Assembly: GCA_973895155.1 (NCBI GenBank)
Contig: OZ316892.1
Coordinates: forward strand, 19,135,457 to 19,199,456
Direction of reading: 5' to 3'
Length of the DNA: 64,000 nucleotides
From: Marsupella aquatica
Taxonomy: Eukaryota > Plantae > Marchantiophyta
Positions 13,775-27,073 of this stretch are shown here, piece by piece. The position numbers and the translations under genes are program-made. The notes under the pieces were generated by a model. The model ran no database searches and was not told the DNA's origin. It worked only from the letters and a program-made list of their open reading frames with translations. Numbering within the stretch: the first letter of the stretch is position 1; each line of letters starts with the position of its first letter.

Positions 13775-16700
13775 ATTGTACATATTAATATAGTAGTTAT
13801 TTCATAGTATCTGAAATCTCGTCTGAAATGTTAGAAAAGGTGGTATTAATTCAAGGTGGTGGCAGTCAGACTGTGTGATCAACACATGAATCCAAAAACA
13901 GTGGGAGTATCTCTCAACCTTAAAATGCAAGTCCTGGATCTGATAAACAAGGGCTTAAAAGTCCCCAGCTGCCAGTTTCTGTCCCCCCCCCCCCCTGCAT
14001 ATTGACATCCAGCCCTGTCACTCACCCCCATGATGTCTGCGGCCCTCGACTTTACTCACAGTTGAGGCAAAAGCCTGACCCTGTGTGGACTTCATTGGGC
14101 CACCTGACCCCGCACCATCCTCAATCATCCAACCCCACATTGCAGTCCTACTGCCCCACTTGTCCATGTGCAAGAGCTAATTGGCCAAATGCAGGTGGGG
14201 GCCAAGAGAAGGGCAAATAAAAATGGGGTTGGGGGAAGAAAAGAAAATGTGGGGGGGGGGGGGGGGCAGGGAGCTTAGGGTGGGGTGAAAGATGTCAGCA
14301 AAGTGAGATAGGGAAGCCCAGGGAAAGGGAAAGTGGGTGTAAGGTGGAACTAATATTTTATAGTACTACACACTAAGACATCCAGACAATTTATGGCCCA
14401 CCAAAGGTTGACCACCAACAACGGTTTTTTTGCATTGAAAATGTCTTTATAAAAGCCTAGTTTTATATATCAGATCAATTCTCCTTCTAAGCCTTACAAA
14501 ATCTTTTGGCAAATAATAAACACTACTCCCCATCGGGCTCCCCATGAAAACAATGCTCAAACAGTAGCCAAGGATTCATTAGCAACTACTGTAGATAAGA
14601 TCAAAGAGGCACCAGTATATGAATGTAGAGAAAAATACATATTCTAGAGAAGTTAGTTGTGAACAATATTATTAGAACATATTATTTTAAATAACGGTTG
14701 AGAATCTATTAGCACAATAGGTTATTTTTGGGTGTAACCACCTGCACAAAACGAACACAAGCAATGCCCCAGGGCACCAGGGTGGGGGTCTAGCCCCCCC
14801 TCCTCCCCTCCCCCAAGAAGTGCCAACTACAGTAGTCAAGCTGTGGGACTGTAGAAAACAATCTCTTGGGCAATGTCAACAACCACAAAGTAACTCAATC
14901 TCTGAGCATGGATCTACCTTCAGATGTAGGACTTAGTACGCTAATTCTACCACTTATTGCTATGGCTATCAAATGCACAAATGCATTTTTTGGTCCATTG
15001 TTTTTTTATGGCCAACAGAAAATTCATACCTTGTCTTTAAGATTGAAATGACATTTTCAGGTGAAGCCGTAGGCCATAATCTCTCTGGTCAAATTACCCC
15101 TCCTGGGTTTTGGTTTGATAGAGGTCATACCATGCACTGCGCACATACTTCATCAATCTTTTCAGTGGCCCAACCATTCTTGAAGGATGCGGACACATTT
15201 TGTGCGGAGAAATTCTTCAACCGCTGATTGCCAAAGTTGTCGACCATCACTTTTGTGGGAACCGCAGATTTTTGGTCAGAGTCACCTGTAGCATTTTGGT
15301 CATGGGAAACCTACAAGAAATAGCTAGTTTGAGATGCTGTAATGAGCCTACCTATGAGTCCTCGATTCCTCACCACTTTCTCCAACCTATCATGCATGAA
15401 TAAGTATGGAGTTTTTAATTGAGAATAGTAGAAGATCCATAATTTTTGAAGGAAGAATATTATGGGTGTTTTAATCTGATTACGATAATTATAAATTTTA
15501 TAGGGTTTTTATACTAACTTTGAGAATTTTCCTAAACTATTCTACAAAGTTAGAGATATAAAAATATTAAATTACAATGAGAAGCTAGAGTTGTGGTCTA
15601 GGTTTACGGAGTGAGAAAAAGTTAGTAGTTTAGGGAAGGTTCAGGACCTCAGGGGCCGGAAAATTTCTAGCCCTTGCTTCTCCATCTAATATGCCGTCAG
15701 GACTGCCTAGCAATGCCTAACTACCGCTAAGTTTTGAAATGCCTGGCTGGAAAGCCTCAAGGGCTGGAAAACAAAGGACCTTGCACATGCAACTCGGCCG
15801 TAGTCTCTATTAGGGCATGTCAAAGCACAGCTCAGTAACCCCTCAGGACACAAAACACAATTATTGCTAGGACAAAATCATTATGGGCTACCAAAGTACA
15901 TACCCCAAAAGTGTGATAAGTCCTAAAAATTAAAGCAACAACACTGTGGTTACCCTATTCTCTTTTTTGCTATGGCAGGAAGAGGCCTCCGCTCCGCTTT
16001 GCAGTAAAGCACTTATACATATTGCACTTATCCAAAGTAGACTGGACCATATGGACGTGACGTATATGGACTTATGGAGCCCTACCTACGGAGTGCTGCT
16101 TCTTCCGTCCTTCGTCTCCGTCCTTCGTGTTTTCCTATGGTAGCGGGAAAGACACCCACGCTCGTTTTTGAATAGGTGGAATATTCGGGCCACTCCAAAT
16201 TTACAGGGCAGGGGTTGGGGCCCCTCTAAAAACACACACTGTACACTCGTGTTAAGTTACGCGTACGTAGAACGGGGATTGGGATTTGGGCATTTGGGCT
16301 GTTGGGAGAGATGGCGAAAAAATTGGTGATGGAAGAGAAAGCTTCTCGATGGAGGAGAGAGTGATGCTGCGCAATGCTGAATTGCATGAGCAGCGTTTGT
16401 GGCGCATCTCACTCTGCGAGAATCCGGAGTCCCAGAATCTGTTTGGCGATCGTGCGTGAAAGTGAACTCGGTGGAGCTTTGATGAACATTTTGTTGTTGT
16501 CATTATTCTCTGGATAGATGTTTTGGGGTTTTGAGCTTCGGATGATTGAAAGGCCTTCCACAATGGCTCCTATCGATGCGGGATTCTTGTTGTCTGAGAT
16601 TCAGGGGGCATTGGTTCTTCAGATTAGGGGACCGCTTTTATTTGGGCCCGGTGCGGAATCCTGGTCAGAGCACACCGTGACGTGAGATTTCTAGGTGTCG

Positions 16701-17897
16701 TCAGAGCGAGAAGTCAATTGCGTTATAAGATGTTGTCACAATGAGCTGTCTGTCCTGGTTTGCGCTCAACCCATTGAAGCAGGCGAATTTGGTTCATGTT
16801 GAAGATTTTGCTTTGACTCTATTGTGGCGAATGATTCGGGTTCTTCAGATCGCTGTAGCAATCGTTGCTTTTTTAATGTTTCGAAAGCTTTTTTTGGGTG
16901 TGTTAACAGACAATTCACCGATGTACTGTGGAAGGTTGACGCTCTTCCGTATACAGGATCGATTATTAGGCAATTCTGAAAACTGTAGCAGTCGCAGCTT
17001 TTTGCGTATCGAAAGAAAATATGTCCTTGCGATGCTTCTTTCACATGGAATCCGCGTACAGCCAAAGAGCCCTCAGTTTGAAGGCGTGTGTGCAGCTTTT
17101 GGATATTCCGGCAACTCATGCGCTTCTCCATCAGGTGTTTCTGTGTCACGGAAACTCGGGATAAGTCAAAATGTTAATAAGCTTACATGAAGAGGATGTG
17201 GAAACTGCTTTTGCCATATATTGCCTCGTATATTCTTTCTCGGAGATTTAAAATCGCATGTGCATGAGTCGATGACGTCCTAAGCTAAAATTAATTCTCA
17301 GTTCCGTTCTTTTGGCCGGTGTAGTACTCGCTGCGCTCTGGATATTTTCGATCTACTCGACAGGCACAGCAGTTTCTTAATGAAATTTAGGATGTCACCT
17401 AAAATTTAAAGGAATTCACTTCGCGCATTGCAAAGAAATTGAGGGAGTTAATCGAGTTAACGAACTTCAGGCAGCTGAAACATTGGAGCAAGTTGTAAGA
17501 TACTATTTGGACAAGGGTCGTCCACAAGGGACGGACTCTGCAAGTATCTCTGACGGATTGTCACCTAAGATTCAGTAGCAAATGTCAATCAGCACCGCAG
17601 AACCTGGCATTTGAATGCATAGATCGATAGTCTTTGTTTATCCATCATCCACCCACCCACTTTCTAATACGCACGTATGCCGTGGCAAGTATATGAGATG
17701 CATTGCTCGTCCTAAAACAGAGCAGATTGTGCTAAGCCCTTCTCTCACACCCTTCGTGGATGTAATCACACTCGGCTAACTAACGGACTCACTGGTGGAG
17801 AGCATCAATTCATATCAAATGAATGAATAGATTGATGCTTTCCTTCCTCAATCGATGCGTTGAAAGACCAACTTTCAACTGAACGGTGATGTTGTTA

Positions 17898-18282
17898 TAG
17901 TTTCAGCTGATATTATGTCTAGTGAATGTGTTGGGTCTAGCTTATCCATCTGTACAGGGGCATAGTTTCAGCGGATTTCATGTCTAGTGAATTCCTTGGT
18001 CTATTTTATCCCTCGATGCAAGGCACAGTTTCAGTGGATTTCATGCCTGGTCAACCCTTTGGGTCTACGTTACTGATCCCTCGATACAAGGCATTGTACC
18101 AGCGGAATTCAGGTCTTGGGTCTGCGTTATCCCTCGATACAAGGCATAGGTCCAGCGGATTAGATGTGTAGACATTTCCTTGGGTCTACCTTAACTAGTT
18201 ATCCCTCGTTACAAGGCATCATTCTAGCGGATTTCATATCCAGACGACTCCTTGGGTCTACTTTATCCCTCGATACAATGCA
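17898..18282 (+). repeat. Tandem array of 6 diverged ~53-72 bp units
   Basis: Recurring blocks ttgggtcta, atccctcgatacaaggca and cagcggatttca. Confidence 0.9.
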
Positions 18283-19632
18283 GTAACAATGCGCGAAGTG
18301 AATTCTTCTTAATGTAAAGTGCCCATGTTGTTTCGGACGCGCAATAGAAATGATTGTTGCCTTTCTCGACTCTTGAATCGCTAACAAGCATTACGTCCTG
18401 TTTGGGACACTCCTCCCAAATTTATCCAAGTACTAGTTTTAGGGTTTACAGCAAGTTCCCTCATGATTGGATCCAGGGCCGTTGGTTTGTTGGTTTGGTA
18501 GGACGAATTCTAAGAACAAAAGTATTTCGCTTCAGAGCGCTGGAAGAGAATTGGCTTCCAAAGATTGAAGCTGTCCATTCCATCTGTTGTCGAGGTCATG
18601 ACAAAATCTATTGTGAACATAGACGTCGTCAAAAATGAATTGAAATATTTTGAACTGTCGGTGTTTGTGGTAGGTGTAAGTACAGACCAAAAGCACGAGA
18701 CAGGTTTCCCTGAAATGTTACGACGAAGGCAATTGATGCACATATGTGGCCAGCAGATGCTTCACAAACAAAATTGAGAGGATGGACTTGCCAAATGAAA
18801 GCAGACAGACTTGCTACGCATTATCGCCTTCCCAGGCATCCGCCCACATTACATGCATGAACGACGAACACCTTTAGTGAGACATGTACGTTGAGTAAAA
18901 GATTGAAAAAGGTCCATGCCATGAACGACCACCATCGGCGTCGATGTGGTATCAGAGTATGGAAAACTTTTGAAAATGTCTTCAGAATCATATAGCCGGA
19001 TGGCACGACGAAAATTCCGCGAAATTACATATATACAAGGAGCAGAGCAGCCTTGATACAGCATCACGCACAAAGTGTGTAAACATGACAAGATACTCAA
19101 ATTGAGGAACTCACGCACATCTGCCTTGTGCCTCTGTTCTGTCCTTACACCTGCCACACCAGCATTTTACAACCTTTACTCGGTCAGACAAACGCCGGCG
19201 TTATATACATGTGACCGTTCAATCCAGGCATGTAGATGTGCATTCGGTAGTAGAAGAAAGTTCATTGCTGCTGCTGCCACAGATGAGTAACCCAACTATC
19301 GGAATTAAATTTCACAATGCGTTACGCGAAATCTTCAGTCCCAACAACTTCATGAGAACTCACCCGTAAGAAAGTATCTCCATGGCCAGACTCCTCCACT
19401 CCTACTCCCCGACAATATGGGTATCAGTCTTCCAAGATTGCGACAGCTCTTGCTGTCGATATATGATTCGCATCAGAGAAATCAAATGTACACTCTTCTT
19501 TAACTAGAATCCGCAAAGTTTGAAACTCATCCAAAAATGCCGGAGGGAAACCCGAGCTACCCCCCTCGATAGTGTTAATCTTGATCGTGTCCGGCAAACC
19601 CTTAGCGAAGTTGTGAGCCATCCCGGCCGAAG

Positions 19633-22600
19633 CTAAAGGCCGAAGAGAACGTAGTATAGTAGTGTGATGGGAAACGCTATCAGCATACCGAAAATCACCC
19701 TGCGCCATGATCAACAACGAAACGGTCACATCCACGCCGCTCACTTCGGTATCATGATCTGGATGGAGGTGGGCAGACATGATCATGGCTCCGGTATACA
19801 GTAAAATCTTGCTTCGCTATACTCCAAAAAAGAACTAGGGGAACACCAAAACTTCAGCACTAGTAGGAAATGGACAAGAAACTTACGCTGTGCTAAGAAC
19901 ATCAGCGTGCAGGTTGTAGTCCTTCGCAAACACGAAGGGTACGATTCCTTGCGGCAATGCAGCCTGCACGCATCCATTCCAAATCGATCAGTTCAGCTAA
20001 AAGTTTTGGGCATCAATCATAAACACACCAGACGAAGTCATGCAACTGGATACTCCAGAGATCACATTTAGTAACTGGATGATATCGAGATCGGGTTCTG
20101 TCAAGAGTCAACATGCAGAACAGAATGTTGCAGTTCAAAGTATACGACGGGTTGTGTGAAGTTGTAAACCATCGCTGCTGAACACTTTCTCCATTCGCAT
20201 TGAGAACGGTGCGGTGATGAAACCACTCCGACGAAGGCCAATAGACCGACTGGGAAGGAATGACAGGGTAATACGGGTTCACAATTGTGTTGAGACGAAT
20301 CAAGGAGTTGTAACAATAAGTCACCTGGACAATTGCAGCGCGCAAGAAAGTGCCTTTCATCCCAACCGCAACCGAAGCAGCTGCCATTGCTGCTGGACCC
20401 GTAATAAACCGGACAGCCATCGCGAAAGCCGCTACAGATGGACCGCAGACGATTAGTCGACCTTGTAATGCCATGAAAAGACCTGCCATACGAAGGAAAG
20501 CTTAGGAGGCGGCTTCATGCGCTTGAAAATCATCGCTTATTAAACATGTTTGATTACAACGCGTTCACTCTCCGCACGCCACCCGTAAAAACATTCCTCC
20601 AAAAATCAACTGAAAATCAGCAACAGGGCTTTGAAGCGATGGACCAACAGTACCATTGAAAGAATATGTGAGCTTACCGAGGCTAAACATTGCCATGCCC
20701 AGACCAGCATCAGACAGGATGCTAATTGAGCCATCAACAATTTTCGGCAGGCTTAACTTCCATCTGCGCGCAAATATCAAAGGCTAAGTTTAAGTGAATT
20801 GAAAGAAATTGCAAAACACCTTACAGCTGCGACGCATTCTTTGAATTAGCACCGAACAAACTGTTGGTAGCCAACCATAGAGAGTACGTCCAACCACCTC
20901 TTGAAAGGTGTAAAAAATACGAAAAGTAGTACTGTGCTAACAACTTCACATTGATGGGCAAGGCTACAAAATCTACCGAAAGTCCGTATCACACTCCTAA
21001 ACATGTCAACCACAGCGAAGCATCGTCGCGACAGATTGAACAGGCTTACGATGGAAAACTAAATATTACCTGAATGCAACCAGCGACCATACGATGCCTA
21101 TCAAACTTGAATAGGTGTTCGGATTGCGTATGAGCTTGCGGAAAACCATGACCAGAATCAGTCTGATCATAACTCGCGATGGCGGCATGCGAGCATCCTT
21201 GTGCGAATCCACTAGCTTCGGCGTAAGTTCTGCGGTCGAGCTTGAACCAAATTTTCGAGAGAGGTTTGGACCATCCTTATCAGGGAATTCATCCTTGTCC
21301 AGGCCTTTACTGTTACCGAAACTGAAGTCGTCACGGACATACTCCTCATAGTTTTGGCGTGTCACTTCAGGCCCAGCTGATCACGCAATGAAAACGGTCA
21401 GCAACGTATATCAACACAACCTTTCAGCATAAGAAATCATAGTCTGGATTAGACATGTGAACCAACATGTCCCTAAAGGCAATTGTCCGAGTTTTGGGTT
21501 CTACGCGAACAATTCACGAGATAAGGTTGGGGCAGGGAGTCCTCATACAAGGATGTAAGGAAGAAGGAACTAAAAGAGTCCGGATCACTGACCCTTGTGG
21601 AGTCATGCGGGGCCAGTCGGACAGATATGTTAGCGGCAAAAAACGGAAGTGTACCAAAAATGAGATAGTCAGGAAATGAGCATGGGCATTAGCCTTGACG
21701 CCCTACCTCGATCAACTACCACATTGCCGTTGCCGTTGCTTTCGGGTTGATTGCGAACGAGTAGACGCACTTCTTTCGGATCGGCGTCGTTCCTTGATGC
21801 GTCATCGGCAGGAACATCGTTGTTTCCATATACATGGAGGCCTGCTTCAGACACTGGTGATGCACTCGAGCTCCAGACAAACATGTGCAGTTCTTTGGCA
21901 GCATCATCCTCGAGCTTGGCTTCCTCGACCTTGGGAGATGCTTTAGATTCTACCACTTTCTTATTGACCTGCGACGAAGGAGTGGGGGAATACATACCTA
22001 CATTGCCCGCCGGATAGCTTTGACCAGGATACGGTCCGCCTCGTGGCACGACTCCAATGTGGTTCCCATCGAAGCCACCAGCGTGAGTTCTTCCATATAC
22101 ATGACCGGTTGAATGGTATACTGGCGGTGGAAAACGCCGAGGAGACGTACCCCGACCATAGGTATGAAGATCTTTCGAATTCTCCTCATTAAAATTGGAA
22201 GTTCGCGGGGTCGGTCCTCGAGAAGAATGGAGGGAGTAGACATCAGACGAAGTGAAATTCGACTGTCTCGGGCTACCTCCTCTACCGGAAATCATGGAAT
22301 AGAAATCTGTATGATTAAAGCTCGATTCTCTCGGCGTCAAATTCACAGAGGAATGAAGCGAATAAATCTCAGCACCTGTGAGATTAGAGGGTCTAGGTGT
22401 GAGTGCCTTAGAGGAAGGCATGGAGAGCAGCCCCTGAGATCGTCGCGAGGAATGCAAATGATCCAGACCGAGACCATGTGCAGAAGAGACGGACTTTCTG
22501 ACCTGCACATGGAGCTTCCCATCATCTCCAATCACAGCCTGAGCTTCCACTGCGTCTTTGCCATCTAGTGACGTTACATCCGAATCAACTTTAAACGAAA

Positions 22601-23117
22601 CAATGGATGCCGCAGTGTCTGGAAATTGATCCATTATGAGCGTTTTGGCAGCACGGAACTCATACAGGAACAGTAAGAGAGTATACCAGATCACACACTG
22701 CAGTACCACTCCCTGAATTACAAGTCCTCCAGCGTCTGGTCCATACATCGCCGCGAGGAGAGGAATTCCCATCACCAACGTGTTTGGAAGCGTAGCCAAC
22801 ATGAAGAGGGTAATCATCCAATCAAAGCTGCCACGCTTAGTGTATCTTGCCCAGAGCCCTAGGAGAATCAGGATTGAGACCTTCGATATCACATCCGCGG
22901 CAATAAACTTGAAGTCCATCGTGTACGGATTGTTCTTGGAGATGAACTTGAAGGACAAAAGAGGAACAGCGAATACAGACACGAAGCGGTTGATCCCACC
23001 ACATTGCTCCGGAGTCAAAATCTTCCACCATCTGACGGAGCCATAGGCTGCAATCATAGCCACATACAAGGGTACCACCGCGCTGAGGACATTGTACAGA
23101 TCTTTTCCATTTATCAT
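19633..23117 (-). CDS. PIN1: Canonical (long-loop) PIN auxin efflux carrier, 701 aa
   Basis: Exons 21707-23117, 21070-21376, 20678-20763 (86 bp), 20325-20482 (158 bp), 19887-19963 (77 bp), 19633-19699; total 2106 nt. The 86/158/77-bp exons are the conserved PIN structure. Motifs [60 protein letters not shown] and VIFGMLIA. Confidence 0.98.
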
Positions 23118-24942
23118 CTTCCCTTGCGAACGTGATCCCGAGTTGCGTAGAGCCCTCAGATGTTTCGGATCAATCCAAATTAGAGATCTTCGATGAGAAT
23201 ATGCCAGAGGACGACACGAACAATTGGTCCCTGCTCAAATCGTGTCGAATTACCCCTCGAAACTGCTGCAGCGTCGCCAATACACCGCTACCTGCTCACT
23301 CGCAATATCGCCATTTGTTATTTGTTGCTTCTAAGCTCGTCCAGACGTTGCAGGTATTTCCATACATTCTCAACGCTTCAGAACGACAGAAATATTCCAG
23401 GCCAACGACAATCATGAGCACGTCAATTCCCGGACATGCGAGGGATACGTGCGTCGCTAGAATACGATCCGAACTTCCAAACCTGTGCTGGTGGTCGACG
23501 ACACAGGATTTCGCGGAATTGATTGATTGGAATGCGTCAAGTATGTGAGGAATGGAATGCGTGAGACAAGCAGCTGACGGTCGCCACTGCCACAATCCAC
23601 AAAAATCAAGCAACAGTCGTTTGACATTCAACTCCAACGTTGCGAACTCTCGGCTGGCGGCGAAGTGTTCACACCTCGTTACTCCTTCCTTCTTACATTC
23701 CAACCAAATCCACCCGCTCTGCCCGCAATTCGTTGCAAGGGCAAAGAATGCGAAGTAAATGTAGTTTGCCTGCAATTGCAATCACCCAACGGCTTCCGTT
23801 CCGTCGCCGATCGGCGATAAGGAAATCCAATCACTCACTGACACAGACAAGCATGCGAGAGCGGTGGAGCTGCGGCAGACTATTTCGCAACACAAAGACA
23901 AGCTGGAATCACCTGTCCAGAATGCGCAGGCGCATCTGAAGCACAGACCAAGATGCACTGCAGAGGACGAGGTGATATCCTCGAACAGCACACAACGGGC
24001 TCTAAAGCTTTAAGGTTTCACTATTGGTAGACACAGGAGGAGCTGGCAAAATATCGGGAGACAAGATTGCAGTGCCACCTGACTAGTAAAGTGACTTTCT
24101 TAAATATCGGAGAAGGTGCCGGTACCCCTAAACGAATGAGAAGACACCATTCGGTCATGGACAACATTCGCGGCAGGGTCTACTGAAAGGAATGAGAATG
24201 CGGCTTCCAAAATCTTCGATAAGCGGGCGAATGAGCAATCTCCCCAGCTACGCGCCCCTCACGAACAGCAACAAGAAAGATGAGGGGGAACAGTCAGAAG
24301 ACTACAACGCTGCGGGTAATCAATTCGACCGAAAGAGATATACAACCATCTTCCAAGACTTGAACCGTCTTCCGTCAGTTGTCTCTACAGTAGTAGGAAT
24401 CCCCTCCCTTCGCCTCCTAATCCGCCTCAGAGTTGGGACGACGGTTTGCAAGCTCGCCCGGATCGACACTGTTCTGAACAATGAATAAGACGCAGCGGAC
24501 AACACACTTTCATTTCATCTCATTGTTCTGAACAATGACTGAAATCGCAGCGAACTACCATATATGATGAGCTGCTTCTCGATTCGTTTCGACCCAGTAC
24601 AGTACACACAATTCCACGACCCCCAGCAGCAGCAGCGGCATCAGTTGGAGCATATCATTGTCGCCAGAGGTACAACTTCCCCGTCCCTCCCCTCCTCTCT
24701 CGACTCTCGAGCACTGGAGGCACGAATTAATCGCTGCAGTGTGTAAAGCGGAACAGAAAACCACTCCTGTCGCGTGCTGGTTCGTCTCAAAACAATCGGC
24801 CCGGTCCTCTGCGCACATCAGTCTATCTGTCTGGCTGCCTCTGGACTGTGCCGCAGTCTGCAAGCCTGCAAGATACTCATCATCGCGCCCTTTACACGAA
24901 AATGTCAGTCGTCACAGGTGGAGCACCACTGCGCCAGGACTC

Positions 24943-25020
24943 CAGTAGTAGTAGTAGTAGTAGTAGTGTAGCAGGCGGAGTTGTAGTAGTAAGTAGTAGT
25001 AGCGCAGCGCAGCGCAGCAC
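24943..25020. repeat. (GTA)n and (GCGCA)n short repeats near the inferred PIN transcription start
   Basis: agtagtagtagt... and gcgcagcgcagcgcagc are directly visible. Confidence 0.85.
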
Positions 25021-25607
25021 AGCACTGGCAGCGGAGGAATAATCAGTACTGTCGCCAGTATCCGTCTCTTTCTACTGCGTTCTCTAAATCCCTTATTACA
25101 CCCTCGTTTTTAAGGGTTTCTCTTTTCTGCCAAGGTGACTAATAGCGGGTCTCAAATACGAGCCTTCACAGGTGTTCCCGAGAGCTTACCATTGCCCGTG
25201 AGGAAGGCTGGGGGCGAGTTTAGGTTTTTTTTTCTTCTTTTTCTAGGGTGACTTCTGTGAAGAAGGAAATGCTAGGAATATATTTTTATTAAATTACTGA
25301 TTAATACCTGACCATGGAATATCCCTAGACTTTTTAAAGTAACCGAAACTGGCTACTGAAAGCGAACCAATCTACACCAAACTACACTAAACTATTTTGC
25401 TGAAAGTGGTCAAGATTTTATGAGAGAACTGAAATCGCCATTAAAAAATCCTTTCTATTCCCTTTCATTCCTTCCAGTGTCTACAGCTATACTACCTGTC
25501 ATGTCATGTCATGTCATGAGACCAGACGCCATCTTGCAGCGCCCCTCTCGCTGTCTGCCCCACTCCGCTCCTTCTCGTCGGGCCAGTCGCCTGCTCGGCC
25601 CCGGCCG

Positions 25608-25699
25608 TCGCCTGGCTCCCTGCCGTGCAACCTGCTGCGCGGCCTCCTCCTCGGCTCCTCCCTCTTGTCCGCTACAGCTGCTCTGCGCGAGCCAAGCGA
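25608..25699 (+). ncRNA. miR160-like stem-loop (candidate variant or degenerate MIR160)
   Basis: 25609-25629 CGCCTGGCTCCCTGCCGTGCA: nt 2-14 are identical to miR160. The 3' arm ...ctgctctgcgcGAGCCAAGCGA pairs back with the C:A mismatch at position 4 seen in miR160/miR160* duplexes. Confidence 0.4.
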
Positions 25700-27073
25700 G
25701 AGCACAAGTCTACCACGGGGGTGGAGCGAGACAGAATAATAATCATTCCCGGGAACTGTGTCCGGCAAGGCAGTTACACCTACAGCGTTGTCATCGCGGG
25801 CGTGATCACCTTATGGTACTGTCATACAAAATGGTGTGAAAAAAAAGAGTTCCTGTCAAACCTCTTGGAACCGAAAACACTTTCGAGAGTTTTCGCTTTA
25901 TATTCTATATCTGCTCTTCCTTCGGGATAGTATAGTATAGTATAACTCCATAAATCTAGGCATGTGTAACTCAAAACATAACATAAAAAATTTATCATAT
26001 AAAACAACATGGCCTTGAATATTGATATTTGTTTTCTTATTCTTTCTTACACATGGTGCATGACCTTAAATTTAGGATTCTTTTCCTTTTCAAACTCACT
26101 CAACTTCTTGCGCAAATTGAGTTCGTGGTTAAAGAGATTTTGGGCCATAATATCTCCTCCAACTTGGGCCACACCCCTCATTTAGGAAATGACATATCCC
26201 ACAATGCCCTCTAGCCAGGAAGTTACCCTGCTGCTAAGAATTACAATGGAATCATATTTGTTTAATATTGGTCAATACCTCTAGGGGAGTACTGACTGTA
26301 ATCCCTGAGTTAGGTTAGCAGCCCAAGGGGGTTAGAGCCCATAGCTCCAGAAGAGGCCATCAAATATTGGGTATAGTATTATTGTCGTCTTTTCACCTGC
26401 CTTATAACCCTCAAGCCAGGCCAGGGGTTTATGGCTGATAGTCATGAACAAAACTAAAACTTCTAGATAGACACAGAGGGTTTATGTGACCTGAAGTTGA
26501 TTCAATTATCAAGCCCTTCCACAGACAGTCCCAGTTCAGTTCAAGTTCCAATGTATAAACTCTATGTCATTTGGTTTCTTACATAAATCAGTGCTTATGG
26601 ATCAAAGGGTATCTCTATCCATATATAGCATGTTCATCTTGGAACATGCACTATTTTTAGTCTTGTAGTGATATGTAATCCATTTGATTTATTTTATGAT
26701 AAAAGAAGTAGGTACATGTAAAATATATACCAAGAAATTAATATGTTAAATAAGAATGAGTGACATAGTACACATGCAAAGAAAAACACATTATGACCAA
26801 GAAAATACAAAGGTATTAAAAAGTTGGGCCCATACAATTCAAATTTCACTTGCTTCTAGGTAATGACAATCAATTCAATTAAAACCATAAATTTTGTAAA
26901 GGAAACCAAGAGGGGAACTTAGTACACCTGATGTGCACATTGTTCAAACTCATTTCTTAACTCATGAGAAAAAAGATAATTCACTAAGGAGTAATGAAAA
27001 GTAAAAATTAAACATTTATGAGGGGAGCCAAATACATTACAAGCAGTCCAAAAGTTAATTCAAAATCAAATTA

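Noticed and set aside
14860-15330. Possible Mutator/FAR1-like transposase relic (also 37630-38260)
   Set aside because: Multiple stops and only vague Cys/His spacing; cannot be supported without a profile search.
17898-18282. CRISPR-like array or miR390/TAS3 sites (gcgttatccctc)
   Set aside because: Eukaryotic context with no cas genes, and the variable parts are homologous rather than unique spacers. The miR390 match lacks the seed-pairing CTGAGCTT.
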